DNA from: Burkholderiales bacterium
Lineage (GTDB): Bacteria; Pseudomonadota; Gammaproteobacteria; Burkholderiales; Burkholderiaceae_C
DNA length: 48,735 nt
Assembly (NCBI GenBank): GCA_028869095.1
Contig: JAGWTE010000001.1
Location: 1 to 48,735, forward strand
Direction of reading: 5' to 3'
The notes under the pieces were generated by a model. The model did no database searches. It was not told the origin of the DNA and worked only from the letters and a program-made list of their open reading frames with translations. The stretch's first letter is position 1. Every line of letters starts with the position of its first letter. Made by a program: the position numbers and the translations under genes. Positions 31,670 to 41,800 of the stretch are shown piece by piece.

Positions 31670-32083
31670 ATGAACAAGCAATGCGTGAACTGGGCTCTGG
31701 TGTGTCTTCTGAGTGGTGCGGCTTTGGCGGCGCAAGCGGGAAGCGTGGCGGTGGTCGGCACAGGCAGCTCGGCCAGCAAGCTCACGCCGGAACAGGCGGC
31801 GGCCATTTTCTTGATGCGCATGAAAAGTTTGCCGGGCGCGGGGCAGGCGCAATTGGTGGTGGTGGCGTCCAGCAAGTCTGAATTGCTGTCGGTGATCGGC
31901 AAGACGGATGATCAGGCGAGCGCGATCTGGGCCCGTCAGGTGTTCACAGGGGGCGGGGTGCCGCCGGTGGAGGTGAGCACGGCGGCCGAAGCCAAGAAGG
32001 TGTTGGCCAATCCCAATGCCATGGCCTTGATCGATGCGTCGGAGGTGGCCCCCGCGACGATGAAGGTGTTGTGCAGCTTCTGA
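31670..32083 (+). CDS. Small exported PBP-like protein, copy 2
   Basis: AGGAG RBS; signal AQA-G; WARQVFTG, NPNAMALID. Confidence 0.75.
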   Translation: MNKQCVNWALVCLLSGAALAAQAGSVAVVGTGSSASKLTPEQAAAIFLMRMKSLPGAGQAQLVVVASSKSELLSVIGKTDDQASAIWARQVFTGGGVPPVEVSTAAEAKKVLANPNAMALIDASEVAPATMKVLCSF

Positions 32084-33538
32084 TCAGGCTTGGGGCAGCA
32101 AGGCCTGCGCGGCCGAGGGCAGGCTGAGCAAATCGTCCAGGCAGCGCAGGAGCGCGAGCACATCCAGTGGCTTGGTCAGGTAGTCGGTGAAGCCATGCCG
32201 CTCCGCCTTCTGGATGCTGTCGGGCATGGCGTCGGCGGACAAGGCCACGCGGGTGATGTCGCGGGTCTGCGTATTTTCATCCAGAGTCTGGATCAATTCA
32301 AAACCGGTCATGTCACCCAGGTGCAGGTCGACCAGCATCACGTCGGGACGCTGTTGCTTGACCTGTTCCAGCGCAGCGGCGCCATTGGGCGCCACGACCA
32401 GCTCCCATTGCGGGCGCAGCTTGAAGATCTGCTCGACCAGGAGCACGTTGATTTCGTTGTCTTCGGCGTAGAGAACTCGGATGGGGCGAACCGCCGTGTT
32501 GGCAGCGGGCTCGGCTGAGGCCGCGTCGTTCGTTGCGATCGGGGCGCGCGGCGTGGCGGCCACCACCGCTTGCAGCAGGTCGGCGGGCTGGGTGTCTTCC
32601 TCGGCCGCTTTGGTGGGGCTGGGCTCGATGCGGATGTCTGTGTGGGACACCATGGTGGCCACAGGCGCCACCGCCGCCTCGTCCACACGCGGGTCGCCCG
32701 TGAAGCGGTTTTGCTTTTGTTCGGTGATGTCGGTGGTGTAGCCATACCAGGCGGTGCTGCCATCGGGCAGGGCCTGGGCGATGGCTTCGCCTGACAACCA
32801 GCGCACGCCCTTGGTGGGCAGGATCACGCGGTATTCGTATTGCAGGGGCTGGCTTTGGTGCTGCAGTGAGGCTTCGACCAGGCGGGTGACCATGTGCAGG
32901 TCATCGGGATGGACGCGCTTGTAGTGCGTGGTCCAGTTCAGGCGCACGGAGGCGGGGTCGACCTCATAGAGTTCGGCCGCGCGGGTGCTGGCATACAGCA
33001 GTTGGGGCTCGCCCTGCACGGGCAGCAGCACCTTGTAGAGCGCACCGGGGATGTGGTCCAGGCTTTTGAGCAGCAGGTCGCGTTCACGCAGGCTGCGCTC
33101 GATGTGCTTGCGGGTGCTGATGTCGTGGATGACGGCCACGGCCTGGCGCGGCTGGCCATTGGCGTCACGCAGCATGGACACATGCATCTCGACCCAGATG
33201 ATGTTGCCGTTGTGTTTGAGGAAGCGCTGCTCCAGCCGGAACTGGGGCAGGTACCCCTCTTGCAGGCTGCGCCAGTGGTCCAACTCGGACGACAGGTCTC
33301 CCGGGTGGGTGAGGGTGTGGCAGCGGGTGCCGATCAGGGCATCGCGGGCATAGCCCAGCAGTTGGCAGGCTTTGGCGTTGATGGCCTGGATGTCGCCCTC
33401 GGGGGACAAGAGCATCTGGCCGCAGGCGCTGTGTTCAAAGATGGCTTGCCACGGCTGCGCAGACTGCGCGGCAACGTCCGAAGGTGACCGGACGGCCTCG
33501 GCAGTGGGATCTGCGAGATGGGGAGACTTTCCGGGCAT
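32084..33538 (-). CDS. PAS-PAS-REC signalling protein lacking a kinase core
   Basis: Two PAS/PAC blocks (THPGD..HDIS; VHPDD..TDIT), A/P/T-rich linker, REC (AEDN, VDLHL, TKP). Start may be 33565. Confidence 0.85.
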   Translation of the reverse strand: MPGKSPHLADPTAEAVRSPSDVAAQSAQPWQAIFEHSACGQMLLSPEGDIQAINAKACQLLGYARDALIGTRCHTLTHPGDLSSELDHWRSLQEGYLPQFRLEQRFLKHNGNIIWVEMHVSMLRDANGQPRQAVAVIHDISTRKHIERSLRERDLLLKSLDHIPGALYKVLLPVQGEPQLLYASTRAAELYEVDPASVRLNWTTHYKRVHPDDLHMVTRLVEASLQHQSQPLQYEYRVILPTKGVRWLSGEAIAQALPDGSTAWYGYTTDITEQKQNRFTGDPRVDEAAVAPVATMVSHTDIRIEPSPTKAAEEDTQPADLLQAVVAATPRAPIATNDAASAEPAANTAVRPIRVLYAEDNEINVLLVEQIFKLRPQWELVVAPNGAAALEQVKQQRPDVMLVDLHLGDMTGFELIQTLDENTQTRDITRVALSADAMPDSIQKAERHGFTDYLTKPLDVLALLRCLDDLLSLPSAAQALLPQA

Positions 33539-33626
33539 GGTGCCAAACCTCAGCACTTGACTCATCGTGACATTATTGCAATTTGCAACACTTTTGCCTT
33601 GCTCCCCAGCCACTAGGATAGGGGGC

Positions 33627-34217
33627 ATGACAACCCGTAGACCGCGTTTATCGACCCTCGTTTTGTTGCCTGGCTGGCATGATTCTGGGGCAGAACATTG
33701 GCAAAGCCGCTGGCCCGTGATCCATTCGGATCATGCCCGCTGGATGCGCGTCGAGCAAGATGATTGGCAATGGCCCAAGCGTGGCGACTGGATGATGCAG
33801 TTGGATGAGGCCTTGCTGGCGGACGCGAGCTTGCTGGATGAGCCCGCGGTGCTGGTGGCCCACAGCCTGGGTTGCCACCTGGTGGCGGCCTGGGCGGCCC
33901 ATTCGCAGCACACGGCCCGTGTCAAAGGGGCCTGGCTGGTGGCGCCGCCGGATCTGGACAACCCTGACAAGCTGGACAGCCTGCCGCCCCAGTTGCATGG
34001 CTGGACCCGCGTGCCGCGCCAGCGCTTGCCGTTCGCGGCGCAGGTGCTGGCGTCCAGCGATGACCCTCACAGCCGTGTCGAGCGGGCCGAGCACTTGGCG
34101 CAGGACTGGGGCGCGAGCTTTGCCAACCTGGGCCCCCTGGGCCATGTGAATGCCGAGTCGGGGCAGGGCGATTGGCCCGACGGCTGGGCGCGCTTGCAGG
34201 GCTGGCTGCAGACATAG
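33627..34217 (+). CDS. RBBP9/YdeN-family alpha/beta hydrolase
   Basis: PGW..S...HWQ, VAHSLG, LVAPP, S.DDP, GH.N. Confidence 0.9.
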   Translation: MTTRRPRLSTLVLLPGWHDSGAEHWQSRWPVIHSDHARWMRVEQDDWQWPKRGDWMMQLDEALLADASLLDEPAVLVAHSLGCHLVAAWAAHSQHTARVKGAWLVAPPDLDNPDKLDSLPPQLHGWTRVPRQRLPFAAQVLASSDDPHSRVERAEHLAQDWGASFANLGPLGHVNAESGQGDWPDGWARLQGWLQT

Positions 34218-34233
34218 AGGACAATCACGCCTT

Positions 34234-35160
34234 ATGGCAACCAAGAAATCCAAAGGCCTGGGCATGGGCCTGGAGGCCCTGCTGGGCCCCAAAGTCAGCG
34301 ACACCCCGGCAGCTGCGGCTGCGGACGGTGCGCCCACGACCTTGCGTCTGGACCAGATGCAGGCGGGCAAGTACCAGCCGCGCACGCGCATGGACGAGGG
34401 CTCGCTGTACGAGTTGGCCGAGTCCATCCGCTCGCAGGGCATCATGCAGCCGATCCTGGTGCGCCCTCTGGGTCCGGTTGGCCCGGGTGGTTCTGTCAGC
34501 GAAGCCCGCTACGAGATCATCGCCGGTGAGCGCCGCTCCCGCGCCGCCAAGCTGGCCGGCCTGACCGAGGTGCCGGTGCTGGTCAAGGAGGTGCCCGACG
34601 AGGCCGCCGCCGTGATGGCCCTGATCGAAAACATCCAGCGTGAGGATTTGAACCCGCTGGAAGAGGCGCAAGGCCTGCAGCGCTTGACGGTTGAATTTGG
34701 TTTGACACACGAGCAGGCCGCGCAAGCCGTGGGCCGTTCGCGCAGTGCCGCCTCCAACCTGTTGCGCCTGCTGAACCTGGCCGAGCCGGTGCAAGGCATG
34801 CTGATGGCCGGTGACATCGACATGGGCCATGCCCGTGCCTTGTTGCCCTTGGACAAGGCCCAGCAGATCACCACGGCCCATGAAGTGGCGGCCAAGAAGC
34901 TCAATGTGCGCGAGGCTGAAAAGCTGGTCGCCAAGGTGCAGGGCGCCGGCCGCCAGACGCCTTTGCTGCGCGTGGCGCAAGAGAAGTCGCGCGATGTGGT
35001 GCGCCTGGAAGAAGAGTTGTCGGACTTCTTGACCGCGCAGGTTGAGATCCATGTCAAGCGCAAGACCAAGCGCGGCGAGCAGGGCGAGATCACCATCCAG
35101 TTCGGCAGCCTGGACGAGCTCAATGGCCTGATCGACAAGCTGCGCGGCCCACAGGCCTGA
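34234..35160 (+). CDS. parB: Chromosome partitioning protein ParB
   Basis: KGLGMGLEALLG, YQPR, IIAGERR, IENIQREDLNPLEEA, HTH, MGHARALL. Confidence 0.97.
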   Translation: MATKKSKGLGMGLEALLGPKVSDTPAAAAADGAPTTLRLDQMQAGKYQPRTRMDEGSLYELAESIRSQGIMQPILVRPLGPVGPGGSVSEARYEIIAGERRSRAAKLAGLTEVPVLVKEVPDEAAAVMALIENIQREDLNPLEEAQGLQRLTVEFGLTHEQAAQAVGRSRSAASNLLRLLNLAEPVQGMLMAGDIDMGHARALLPLDKAQQITTAHEVAAKKLNVREAEKLVAKVQGAGRQTPLLRVAQEKSRDVVRLEEELSDFLTAQVEIHVKRKTKRGEQGEITIQFGSLDELNGLIDKLRGPQA

Positions 35161-35165
35161 CACGC

Positions 35166-35957
35166 GTGTCCAGCTTGCCCTGGCCCTTGCCGGCTTTGCT
35201 GAGTTGGGCGGCGGCCTGGGGCCTGGCTTGGGCGCTGCGTGGGGCATCCGCTCCGTTGTGGGCGACCTTGGTGTTGCCCACTGCGCTGGGCGCCTGCCTG
35301 GCTTTGTGGCCTGCGGTGGCGGCCACCACCTGGCGCCGGGTGTTTGTGGCGGCGGGCTTTCCGCTGTCGGTGCTGGCTTTGGGGCAGGGCGGCGGTCTGC
35401 CGGCCTGGGTCTGGCTGGCACCCCTGGGCCTGTTGCTGCTGGCCTATCCCATGCGCTCATGGCGCGATGCGCCGGTGTTTCCCACCCCCAAGGGCGCGCT
35501 GCGGGCTTTGCCTGAGTATGTGCGTTTGCCGCCAGATGCCCACATCCTGGATGCCGGCTGTGGCATGGGCGATGGGCTGCAAGCGCTGCGCGAGGCGTAT
35601 CCCCAGGCGCGCTTGAGCGGGGTCGAGTGGAGCTGGGTCTGGTGGGCCGTGTGTGCCTTGCGTTGCCCCTGGGCGAAGGTGCGCCGGGGTGACATGTGGG
35701 CCACCGATTGGTCTGGCTATGACCTGGTCTACCTGTTCCAGCGGCCGGAGACCATGCCCCGCGCTTGGGCCAAGGCCCTGCAAACGATGAAGCCCGGTAG
35801 CTGGCTGGTCAGCCTGGAGTTCGCTGCCACCGATGCGCAGGGGCGAGGGGTTCATCCCAATGCCTCCTTCACCCTGGCGGGCGGGCGGCCGATATGGGTG
35901 TATCGATTGCCACGGGCCGTGCACGGTGAAAGCCGCGCGTCTACACTGTCGGCTTGA
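35166..35957 (+). CDS. Membrane-anchored class I SAM methyltransferase
   Basis: N-terminal TM helices; LDAGCGMGD motif I. Confidence 0.8.
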   Translation: MSSLPWPLPALLSWAAAWGLAWALRGASAPLWATLVLPTALGACLALWPAVAATTWRRVFVAAGFPLSVLALGQGGGLPAWVWLAPLGLLLLAYPMRSWRDAPVFPTPKGALRALPEYVRLPPDAHILDAGCGMGDGLQALREAYPQARLSGVEWSWVWWAVCALRCPWAKVRRGDMWATDWSGYDLVYLFQRPETMPRAWAKALQTMKPGSWLVSLEFAATDAQGRGVHPNASFTLAGGRPIWVYRLPRAVHGESRASTLSA

Positions 35958-35973
35958 TCCATTGAAAGAATCC

Positions 35974-36507
35974 ATGTCCTTTCCGCCCCCGTCGATGCCG
36001 CCGTTGACGTCTGACGCGACCCTTGAGCCCTTCACCACCGACGAGTTTCGCGCGTCCCTTGGGCAGTTCGCGACCGGCGTCACCATCGTGACCGCGCGGG
36101 ATGCGCAAGGGCATCTGGTGGGCCTGACGGCCAATTCTTTCGTGTCGGTGTCGCTGGCGCCGCCGCTGGTGCTGTGGTGCCTGTCATCGCGCTCCACGGC
36201 GCTGCCGGGCTTTCAAACGGCCACGCATTACGCCATCAATGTGCTGGCGGCGGATCAGCGTCCGCTGGCCGAGCGCTTTGCGCGCAAGGGCATCGACCGG
36301 TTTGATGGCGCGCCTTGGCGTCCGGGCTTGACCGGTGCGCCGGTGATCGAGGGTGCGGTGGCGGTGTTTGAATGCAGCCACCACCTGATGCAAGCGGCGG
36401 GGGACCACACCGTCCTGATTGGCCATGTGCACCATGTGCAGCGCCGGGTGGGCGTGCAGCCTTTGATCTTTCACGGCAGCCGCTTCTTCACCGACTTGCC
36501 GGGTTGA
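35974..36507 (+). CDS. Flavin reductase-like protein
   Basis: FATGVTIVT, GLTANSF.SVSL.PPLV, GDH. Confidence 0.9.
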   Translation: MSFPPPSMPPLTSDATLEPFTTDEFRASLGQFATGVTIVTARDAQGHLVGLTANSFVSVSLAPPLVLWCLSSRSTALPGFQTATHYAINVLAADQRPLAERFARKGIDRFDGAPWRPGLTGAPVIEGAVAVFECSHHLMQAAGDHTVLIGHVHHVQRRVGVQPLIFHGSRFFTDLPG

Positions 36508-36510
36508 GCC

Positions 36511-38592
36511 TCAGTGCTCTGCCGCGCTCAAGTGCGGCGCACAGCGATCCAGAATCTTCAGCAGGCGGGCCACTTCCAGGGGCTTGCTGAGGTATTCCAC
36601 AAACCCGCGCTCGCGCGCTTCGCGGATCTGATCGGGCATCACGTCGGCTGACAGGGCCACGCGGGGGATGTTGGCCGTGTGGGCTTGCTGGGACAGGGCG
36701 TCGGACACGTCGGTGCCGTTCATGTCACCCAGGTGCATGTCCAGCAGCAACAGATCGGGCGGTTGGGACTGGGCCATCTCGATGGCCTGGGCACCGCTGC
36801 GTGCGATCTCCAGATGCCACTGCGGGCGCATGCGCAGCACTTGGCGCACCAGTTCGACGTTGATGGGGTTGTCCTCGGCGTACAGCACCGTCATTTGTGC
36901 AGGCTCGGCACCGTCGAGGGCGCCAAAGCCTGAGGCCCGAGGGCTCAATAAACGGTCTTCTGTGGGGGCGGGGCTGGGGGCCACGGTCATGCGGGCTTGC
37001 GGCAGCCAGACCCGAAAGATGCTGCCGACATCCGGGGTGCTGCTGACTTCCAGGCGGCCATGCATGAGGTCGACCAGGCGTTTGACGATGACCAGGCCGA
37101 TGCCGGTGCCTTCGATGTGGGTGCGTTCGGCGCCCAGTCGATTGAAGGGCTCGAACAGGTGCTGCTGCTGCTCGGTACTCAGGCCCTTGCCGGTGTCGCT
37201 GACGGTGAGCATGACATGAGGGGACAGGGTCATGGCTTCCAGCATCACGCGGCCCTGTGGGCGGTTGTATTTGATGGCGTTGGTGAGCAGGTTGACCAGG
37301 ATCTGGCGCAGGCGGACCTGATCGGCCAGGGCGTAAATGGGCGTGTCGGGCCAGGTGATCTGCAATTGCAACTGCGCTTCGCGGGCCTGGTTGCTGACCA
37401 AAGACGAGGCTTCTTGCAAAACGGCGCTGATGTCCAAGGGCTCCAGCGCCAGGGGCAGGCTGCCCGCCTCGATGCGGGACAGGTCCAGCACATCGGTCAG
37501 CATGGCCAGCAGGTGCGCGCCGGCGCGTTCGATGTGCAGCACCTTCTGGGTCTGCAAGTCGCTCAAAGGGGAGCGGGGGTCGACGCGCAGCAGTTGGGCA
37601 AAGCCCAGCATGGCGTTCAGCGGGGTGCGCAGCTCGTGGCTCATGCGCGAGAGGAATTCGGTTTTGGCCTTGCTGGCGCGCTCCGCCGCTTTGGCCGAGG
37701 TCATGGCCTCTTCAAAATGACGGCGCTCGCTGATGTCTTCGACGACCGAGATGAAGTACAGCGGGCGGCCCTGGGCATTGCGCACCAGCACCACGCTCAA
37801 GGCGACCCAGACCACGGAGCCATCGGGGCGCACGTAGCGCTTGTCCATGGTGTAGCGCTCGCGCTGCCCGGTCAGACAGGACTCCAGCAAGCCCCAATCG
37901 GTGGCGGCGTCTTCGGGGTGGGTGATGTCCAGGAAACTCAGGCCAATGAGGGTTTCGCGGGGGCGGCCGGCGATGTCGGCAAAGCGCTGGTTCACGTCCA
38001 GCAAGCGACCCTGCAGGGACACACGGGCCATGCCCACACCGGCGGCCTCAAAGATGTGCCGATATTGCTGTTCGCTGGTGCGCAAGGCGTCGGCTGTGTA
38101 GGTCAGCGAATGCAGCGAGCGTTCGGTGTTCTGGGTCAGCAAGGCGGTGGCCAGCAGGCCCGCCACGATGACCAGGCCGGTATGCAGCGAACGCAGCAGG
38201 GCTTCGTCGTAGCCGGTGGCCCGGTTGGCCAGGGCGATGACGCCGACCAATTGCGAGCCATGACGCAGCGGCCAGCCCATCAGGCTGCTCAGGCGAGGGT
38301 CTTGGGGCGGGCTGACGATCCAGGCTTGCTGATCACGCAGGACGACGTCCCACAGGGTTTGCTGTTCGCGCAGGACTTCGTCGCCGGTGCCGCCCATCAG
38401 GAGGCATTCGCCTTGCTTATCGAACCCCAAGGTGGCGCCAAAGGCCAAGGTGCTGCCGGTCCAGGCTTTGAGTGCAGGCAGCAAACGGTCAAGCAAAGAC
38501 TTGGCCGACTCGTGTGGGATCGATCGAGAGGCCAGAGACAGGGCAACATCGGTGAACGAAGCCCCGGAAGTGTCGGATAACAGGCTGGACAT
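36511..38592 (-). CDS. Cytoplasmic hybrid histidine kinase (GAF-like, PAS, HisKA, HATPase, REC)
   Basis: FLSRMSHELRTPLN, NLLTNAIKYN, DTGKG, GTGIGL, LLDMHL. Confidence 0.92.
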   Translation of the reverse strand: MSSLLSDTSGASFTDVALSLASRSIPHESAKSLLDRLLPALKAWTGSTLAFGATLGFDKQGECLLMGGTGDEVLREQQTLWDVVLRDQQAWIVSPPQDPRLSSLMGWPLRHGSQLVGVIALANRATGYDEALLRSLHTGLVIVAGLLATALLTQNTERSLHSLTYTADALRTSEQQYRHIFEAAGVGMARVSLQGRLLDVNQRFADIAGRPRETLIGLSFLDITHPEDAATDWGLLESCLTGQRERYTMDKRYVRPDGSVVWVALSVVLVRNAQGRPLYFISVVEDISERRHFEEAMTSAKAAERASKAKTEFLSRMSHELRTPLNAMLGFAQLLRVDPRSPLSDLQTQKVLHIERAGAHLLAMLTDVLDLSRIEAGSLPLALEPLDISAVLQEASSLVSNQAREAQLQLQITWPDTPIYALADQVRLRQILVNLLTNAIKYNRPQGRVMLEAMTLSPHVMLTVSDTGKGLSTEQQQHLFEPFNRLGAERTHIEGTGIGLVIVKRLVDLMHGRLEVSSTPDVGSIFRVWLPQARMTVAPSPAPTEDRLLSPRASGFGALDGAEPAQMTVLYAEDNPINVELVRQVLRMRPQWHLEIARSGAQAIEMAQSQPPDLLLLDMHLGDMNGTDVSDALSQQAHTANIPRVALSADVMPDQIREARERGFVEYLSKPLEVARLLKILDRCAPHLSAAEH

Positions 38593-38684
38593 GCACACTG
38601 CGAAGCGGACACCACCGAGAGGCACCCATCATCGGATGCAAGGGGTACGGCGACGCCGGGTGGTGGCGTACCCAGGCGACAAGC

Positions 38685-39851
38685 TCACTGTCTCACATTT
38701 GGGTGAGCGCAAGCCTCAGGACTTGCCTGGGTCAGGGAGTTCTGCTCTTCCAGCACCACGGAGCAGGCGCGCCCGGCGGCCTTGGCCTGGTAGAGGGCAC
38801 GGTCGGCGCGCTCCAGGGTTTCACGCAGGGACTCCCCATCGGGGTGACAGGTCACGCCTGCCGAAAAGGTGATGGGCCGGTCCGGCAAGGTGGGCAGGGC
38901 GGTCTGCTGGGCCCGGATGCGATCCAGGGCTTGCAACGCCCGCTCCATTTGCGGGTCCGAACTGGGCATCATCAACAGGAACTCCTCGCCGCCCCAGCGG
39001 GCCAGCACATCGGTTTGGCGCAAGACGCTGACGGCGGCCAGGGCAAAGTCTTTGAGCACCTCGTCGCCGATGTGGTGGCCGTAGTGGTCGTTGATGTGCT
39101 TGAAGTGGTCCAGGTCGATCAGGGCCAGGCAAAAGCCTTCGCCCGTGCGGGCCTGGCGTTCGCGCTGCTGGTCCAGCAGTTGCAGCATGTGGCGGCGGTT
39201 GACCAGGCCGGTCATGTCATCGCGGATGGCGACCTCTTGCAGCATGGCCAGGGCCTGGCGCAACTCCAGCTTTTGCTGGGTCATGCGGCGGCGGATGCTG
39301 GCCACGTAGTAGGCCACGGCCGAGATGGCGGGCAAGATCAGCGCGCACAGGGTGAATTTGAGCAGCGCGGCGCGCCCGTCGTATTCGCCCGGCATCCACA
39401 ACACCATGCCGGCCACGACCGAGCCCAGGCACACAATGGTGAGGGCGCCGATCAGCAGCACCTGACGCGGACTGAGGGTGAAGACCCCAAAGATCAGCAA
39501 GAGCGCGACCAGGGGCAGCACGCCTTCGCGGATGGGCCCGGCCATCACGTAACCGGCCATCATGGCCACCAGGGCGAACAGGCATTGCGGGAAGTCCATG
39601 CCGGGGTAGCCCAGGCGGCTGGACCAGCCGCTGCGCACCAGCAGGTAAAACGTGCTCACGCCTGTCCAGATGAAGCCGACCAGCCAGTACACCGGCGGGC
39701 CGGCGATCATGCCCATGTGGGCGGCCAGCAGCAGCACGATCGAGCCGGCGGCATAACCGTAGATGGCGATCCAGCTGAAGACGAGCCGGGACCGGATCTT
39801 GGGATCCTGACTCAGCAGCAGATTGACCAAGAGCGGAAAAGGTGTCGTCAT
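38685..39851 (-). CDS. Membrane diguanylate cyclase
   Basis: TM region; DLDHFK.IND..GH, RQTD I-site, GGEEF. Confidence 0.92.
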   Translation of the reverse strand: MTTPFPLLVNLLLSQDPKIRSRLVFSWIAIYGYAAGSIVLLLAAHMGMIAGPPVYWLVGFIWTGVSTFYLLVRSGWSSRLGYPGMDFPQCLFALVAMMAGYVMAGPIREGVLPLVALLLIFGVFTLSPRQVLLIGALTIVCLGSVVAGMVLWMPGEYDGRAALLKFTLCALILPAISAVAYYVASIRRRMTQQKLELRQALAMLQEVAIRDDMTGLVNRRHMLQLLDQQRERQARTGEGFCLALIDLDHFKHINDHYGHHIGDEVLKDFALAAVSVLRQTDVLARWGGEEFLLMMPSSDPQMERALQALDRIRAQQTALPTLPDRPITFSAGVTCHPDGESLRETLERADRALYQAKAAGRACSVVLEEQNSLTQASPEACAHPNVRQ

Positions 39852-40996
39852 GAGGGCTGGATTGCCTCCTCATGGTCGGTTTCCTCGTCGATGACCGTGC
39901 AGTTGCGGCCGCGCTTTTTGGCCCGATACAGGGCCTTGTCGGCGCGGTCGATGCTGGCGTGCAGCACTTCGCCTTCCACATAGCCGGTGACGCCGGCCGA
40001 GAAAGTGATCTTCAGATCCGGATGCGAGGGGACCAGTGTGGTGTCCTGCAGCACGATGCGCGCCCGTTCGATGGCGATGTTGGCCAGATCGGCGGTGGTG
40101 TCGTTGAGCAGCAGCAAGAACTCTTCGCCGCCCCAGCGGGCCAGGATGTCGGTGTCGCGCAGGGCGCTTTCCAGCACCTGCGCGAAGCGGTGCAAGACCT
40201 CGTCACCCACATTGTGTCCGTGGGTGTCGTTGATGCGTTTGAAGTGGTCCACGTCCAGCAAGGCCAGGTAGAACTGGTGGTGGCCAGATCGGTGCAGGCG
40301 TTTTTGGTGCTGGTTGAGCACCTCCATCATGTGCCGGCGGTTGATCAGGCCGGTCAGCTCGTCACGGGTGGCCAGGATCTGGATGCGGTTGACAGCCTGG
40401 GCCAACTCGCTCTTTTGCGTCTCCAGGCGCTTGTGCAGCGCGCTGAGCTGGGCGGCCAGGGTCGAGATCGTGGGCATCACCGACCCGATCAGGATGAAGT
40501 GCGCGATCTCCAGCGACAGGGGATAGTGGACGGGATCGGTGGTGGTTTTGTAGAGGATGGTGAGGGCCATCACCAGCACCGTGCTGGCGCCCACAATTTT
40601 TGCAGTGCGGGAATTGAGTGCAAAAATGCCGAACACCATGACCAGCGCCAGCAAGATCAGGGTCGATCCGTGTACCGGTCCGGACACGGCATAGGCAAAG
40701 ATGGCGGTGGCCAGGCCAGACAAGACCTGAGGCAAGGTCAAGGAGGGATCTTTGAATCGCCGATTGGCGCCGCTGCGCAACAAGGTGTACCACAGCACCA
40801 GATTGACCAAGGCCACGGCACCGACCCACACGGTGTGACGTGGCGAGACGAAGCCCGCCCATGTGGAGTAGAGCAGCAAGCCAAAGCAGCCCACGTAAGC
40901 ATAGGCCGCCATCAACGATCGCATGATGCGTAATCGCTGCCGGGGGTCTGTGCTCAGCACCCAATCAGAGAGTTGCAATAAAGGGTTTTTGGACAT
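39848..40996 (-). CDS. Membrane diguanylate cyclase
   Basis: TM region; DVDHFK.IND..GH, RDTD I-site, GGEEF. Confidence 0.92.
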   Translation of the reverse strand: MSKNPLLQLSDWVLSTDPRQRLRIMRSLMAAYAYVGCFGLLLYSTWAGFVSPRHTVWVGAVALVNLVLWYTLLRSGANRRFKDPSLTLPQVLSGLATAIFAYAVSGPVHGSTLILLALVMVFGIFALNSRTAKIVGASTVLVMALTILYKTTTDPVHYPLSLEIAHFILIGSVMPTISTLAAQLSALHKRLETQKSELAQAVNRIQILATRDELTGLINRRHMMEVLNQHQKRLHRSGHHQFYLALLDVDHFKRINDTHGHNVGDEVLHRFAQVLESALRDTDILARWGGEEFLLLLNDTTADLANIAIERARIVLQDTTLVPSHPDLKITFSAGVTGYVEGEVLHASIDRADKALYRAKKRGRNCTVIDEETDHEEAIQPS

Positions 40997-41206
40997 GGTC
41001 AAACGCGATGCAAGGCATCGTGAACAGCTTTCGGCTGTTTGCGTGCGGATCTTGAGGGCCTCTTGTGGACGATCTGCAAGGAACGTGTCCGATTGAGGCA
41101 TTCAAATAAATTGAAGCCAGCCGTGAACCCCACACAACCTTCTGTTCAGTCCGCCCCACTAATCTAGAACCCATGGCGAGCTTCAAAAGCCGCTACCCAA
41201 AAGGAG

Positions 41207-41779
41207 ATGCAAACCATGTCTTCCCCCACTGGCGCTAACGAAGCGCGCTACACCACCGTGGCCATCGTCTTGCACTGGGTGCTGGCGGTGGCCATCCTGA
41301 CGGCCTTTGCCGCCGGCGTGTACCTGGATGACCTGCCCTTCTCGCCGTCCAAGCTCAAGATGATCAATTGGCACAAATGGGCCGGGATCACCATCCTGGC
41401 GCTGTCGGTGCTGCGCCTGGTGTGGCGTTTGCTGAACCCGCCGCCCGCTTTGCCCGCCCGCATCCAAAACGCCATGCCGCGCTGGCAGCAGATCGCTCAC
41501 CACGGCACCCACCACCTGATGTACCTGCTGTTTTTTGTGGTGCCGCTGGCAGGCTGGGCTTACAGCTCGGCCAAGGGCTACCCCATCGTCTGGTTTGGCG
41601 TGCTGCCTTTGCCGGACCTGGTCGCCCCGAACAAAGAGTTGGCCGCCACGATCAAGGAAGTGCATGCCGTGGCCGCCTTTGCCCTGATCGGCCTGGTGGG
41701 CCTGCATGTGGCCGCCGTGATCAAACACCAAGTCATTGACAAAGACGGTCTGCTGGACCGGATGCGCCCCGGGCGCTGA
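41207..41779 (+). CDS. Cytochrome b561 (YceJ-like)
   Basis: LHW, HKW.G, RLVWR, HH..Y, LH..A..KH; followed by two YceI genes. Confidence 0.9.
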   Translation: MQTMSSPTGANEARYTTVAIVLHWVLAVAILTAFAAGVYLDDLPFSPSKLKMINWHKWAGITILALSVLRLVWRLLNPPPALPARIQNAMPRWQQIAHHGTHHLMYLLFFVVPLAGWAYSSAKGYPIVWFGVLPLPDLVAPNKELAATIKEVHAVAAFALIGLVGLHVAAVIKHQVIDKDGLLDRMRPGR

Positions 41780-41800
41780 AACATGAACAGGAGTGACACC

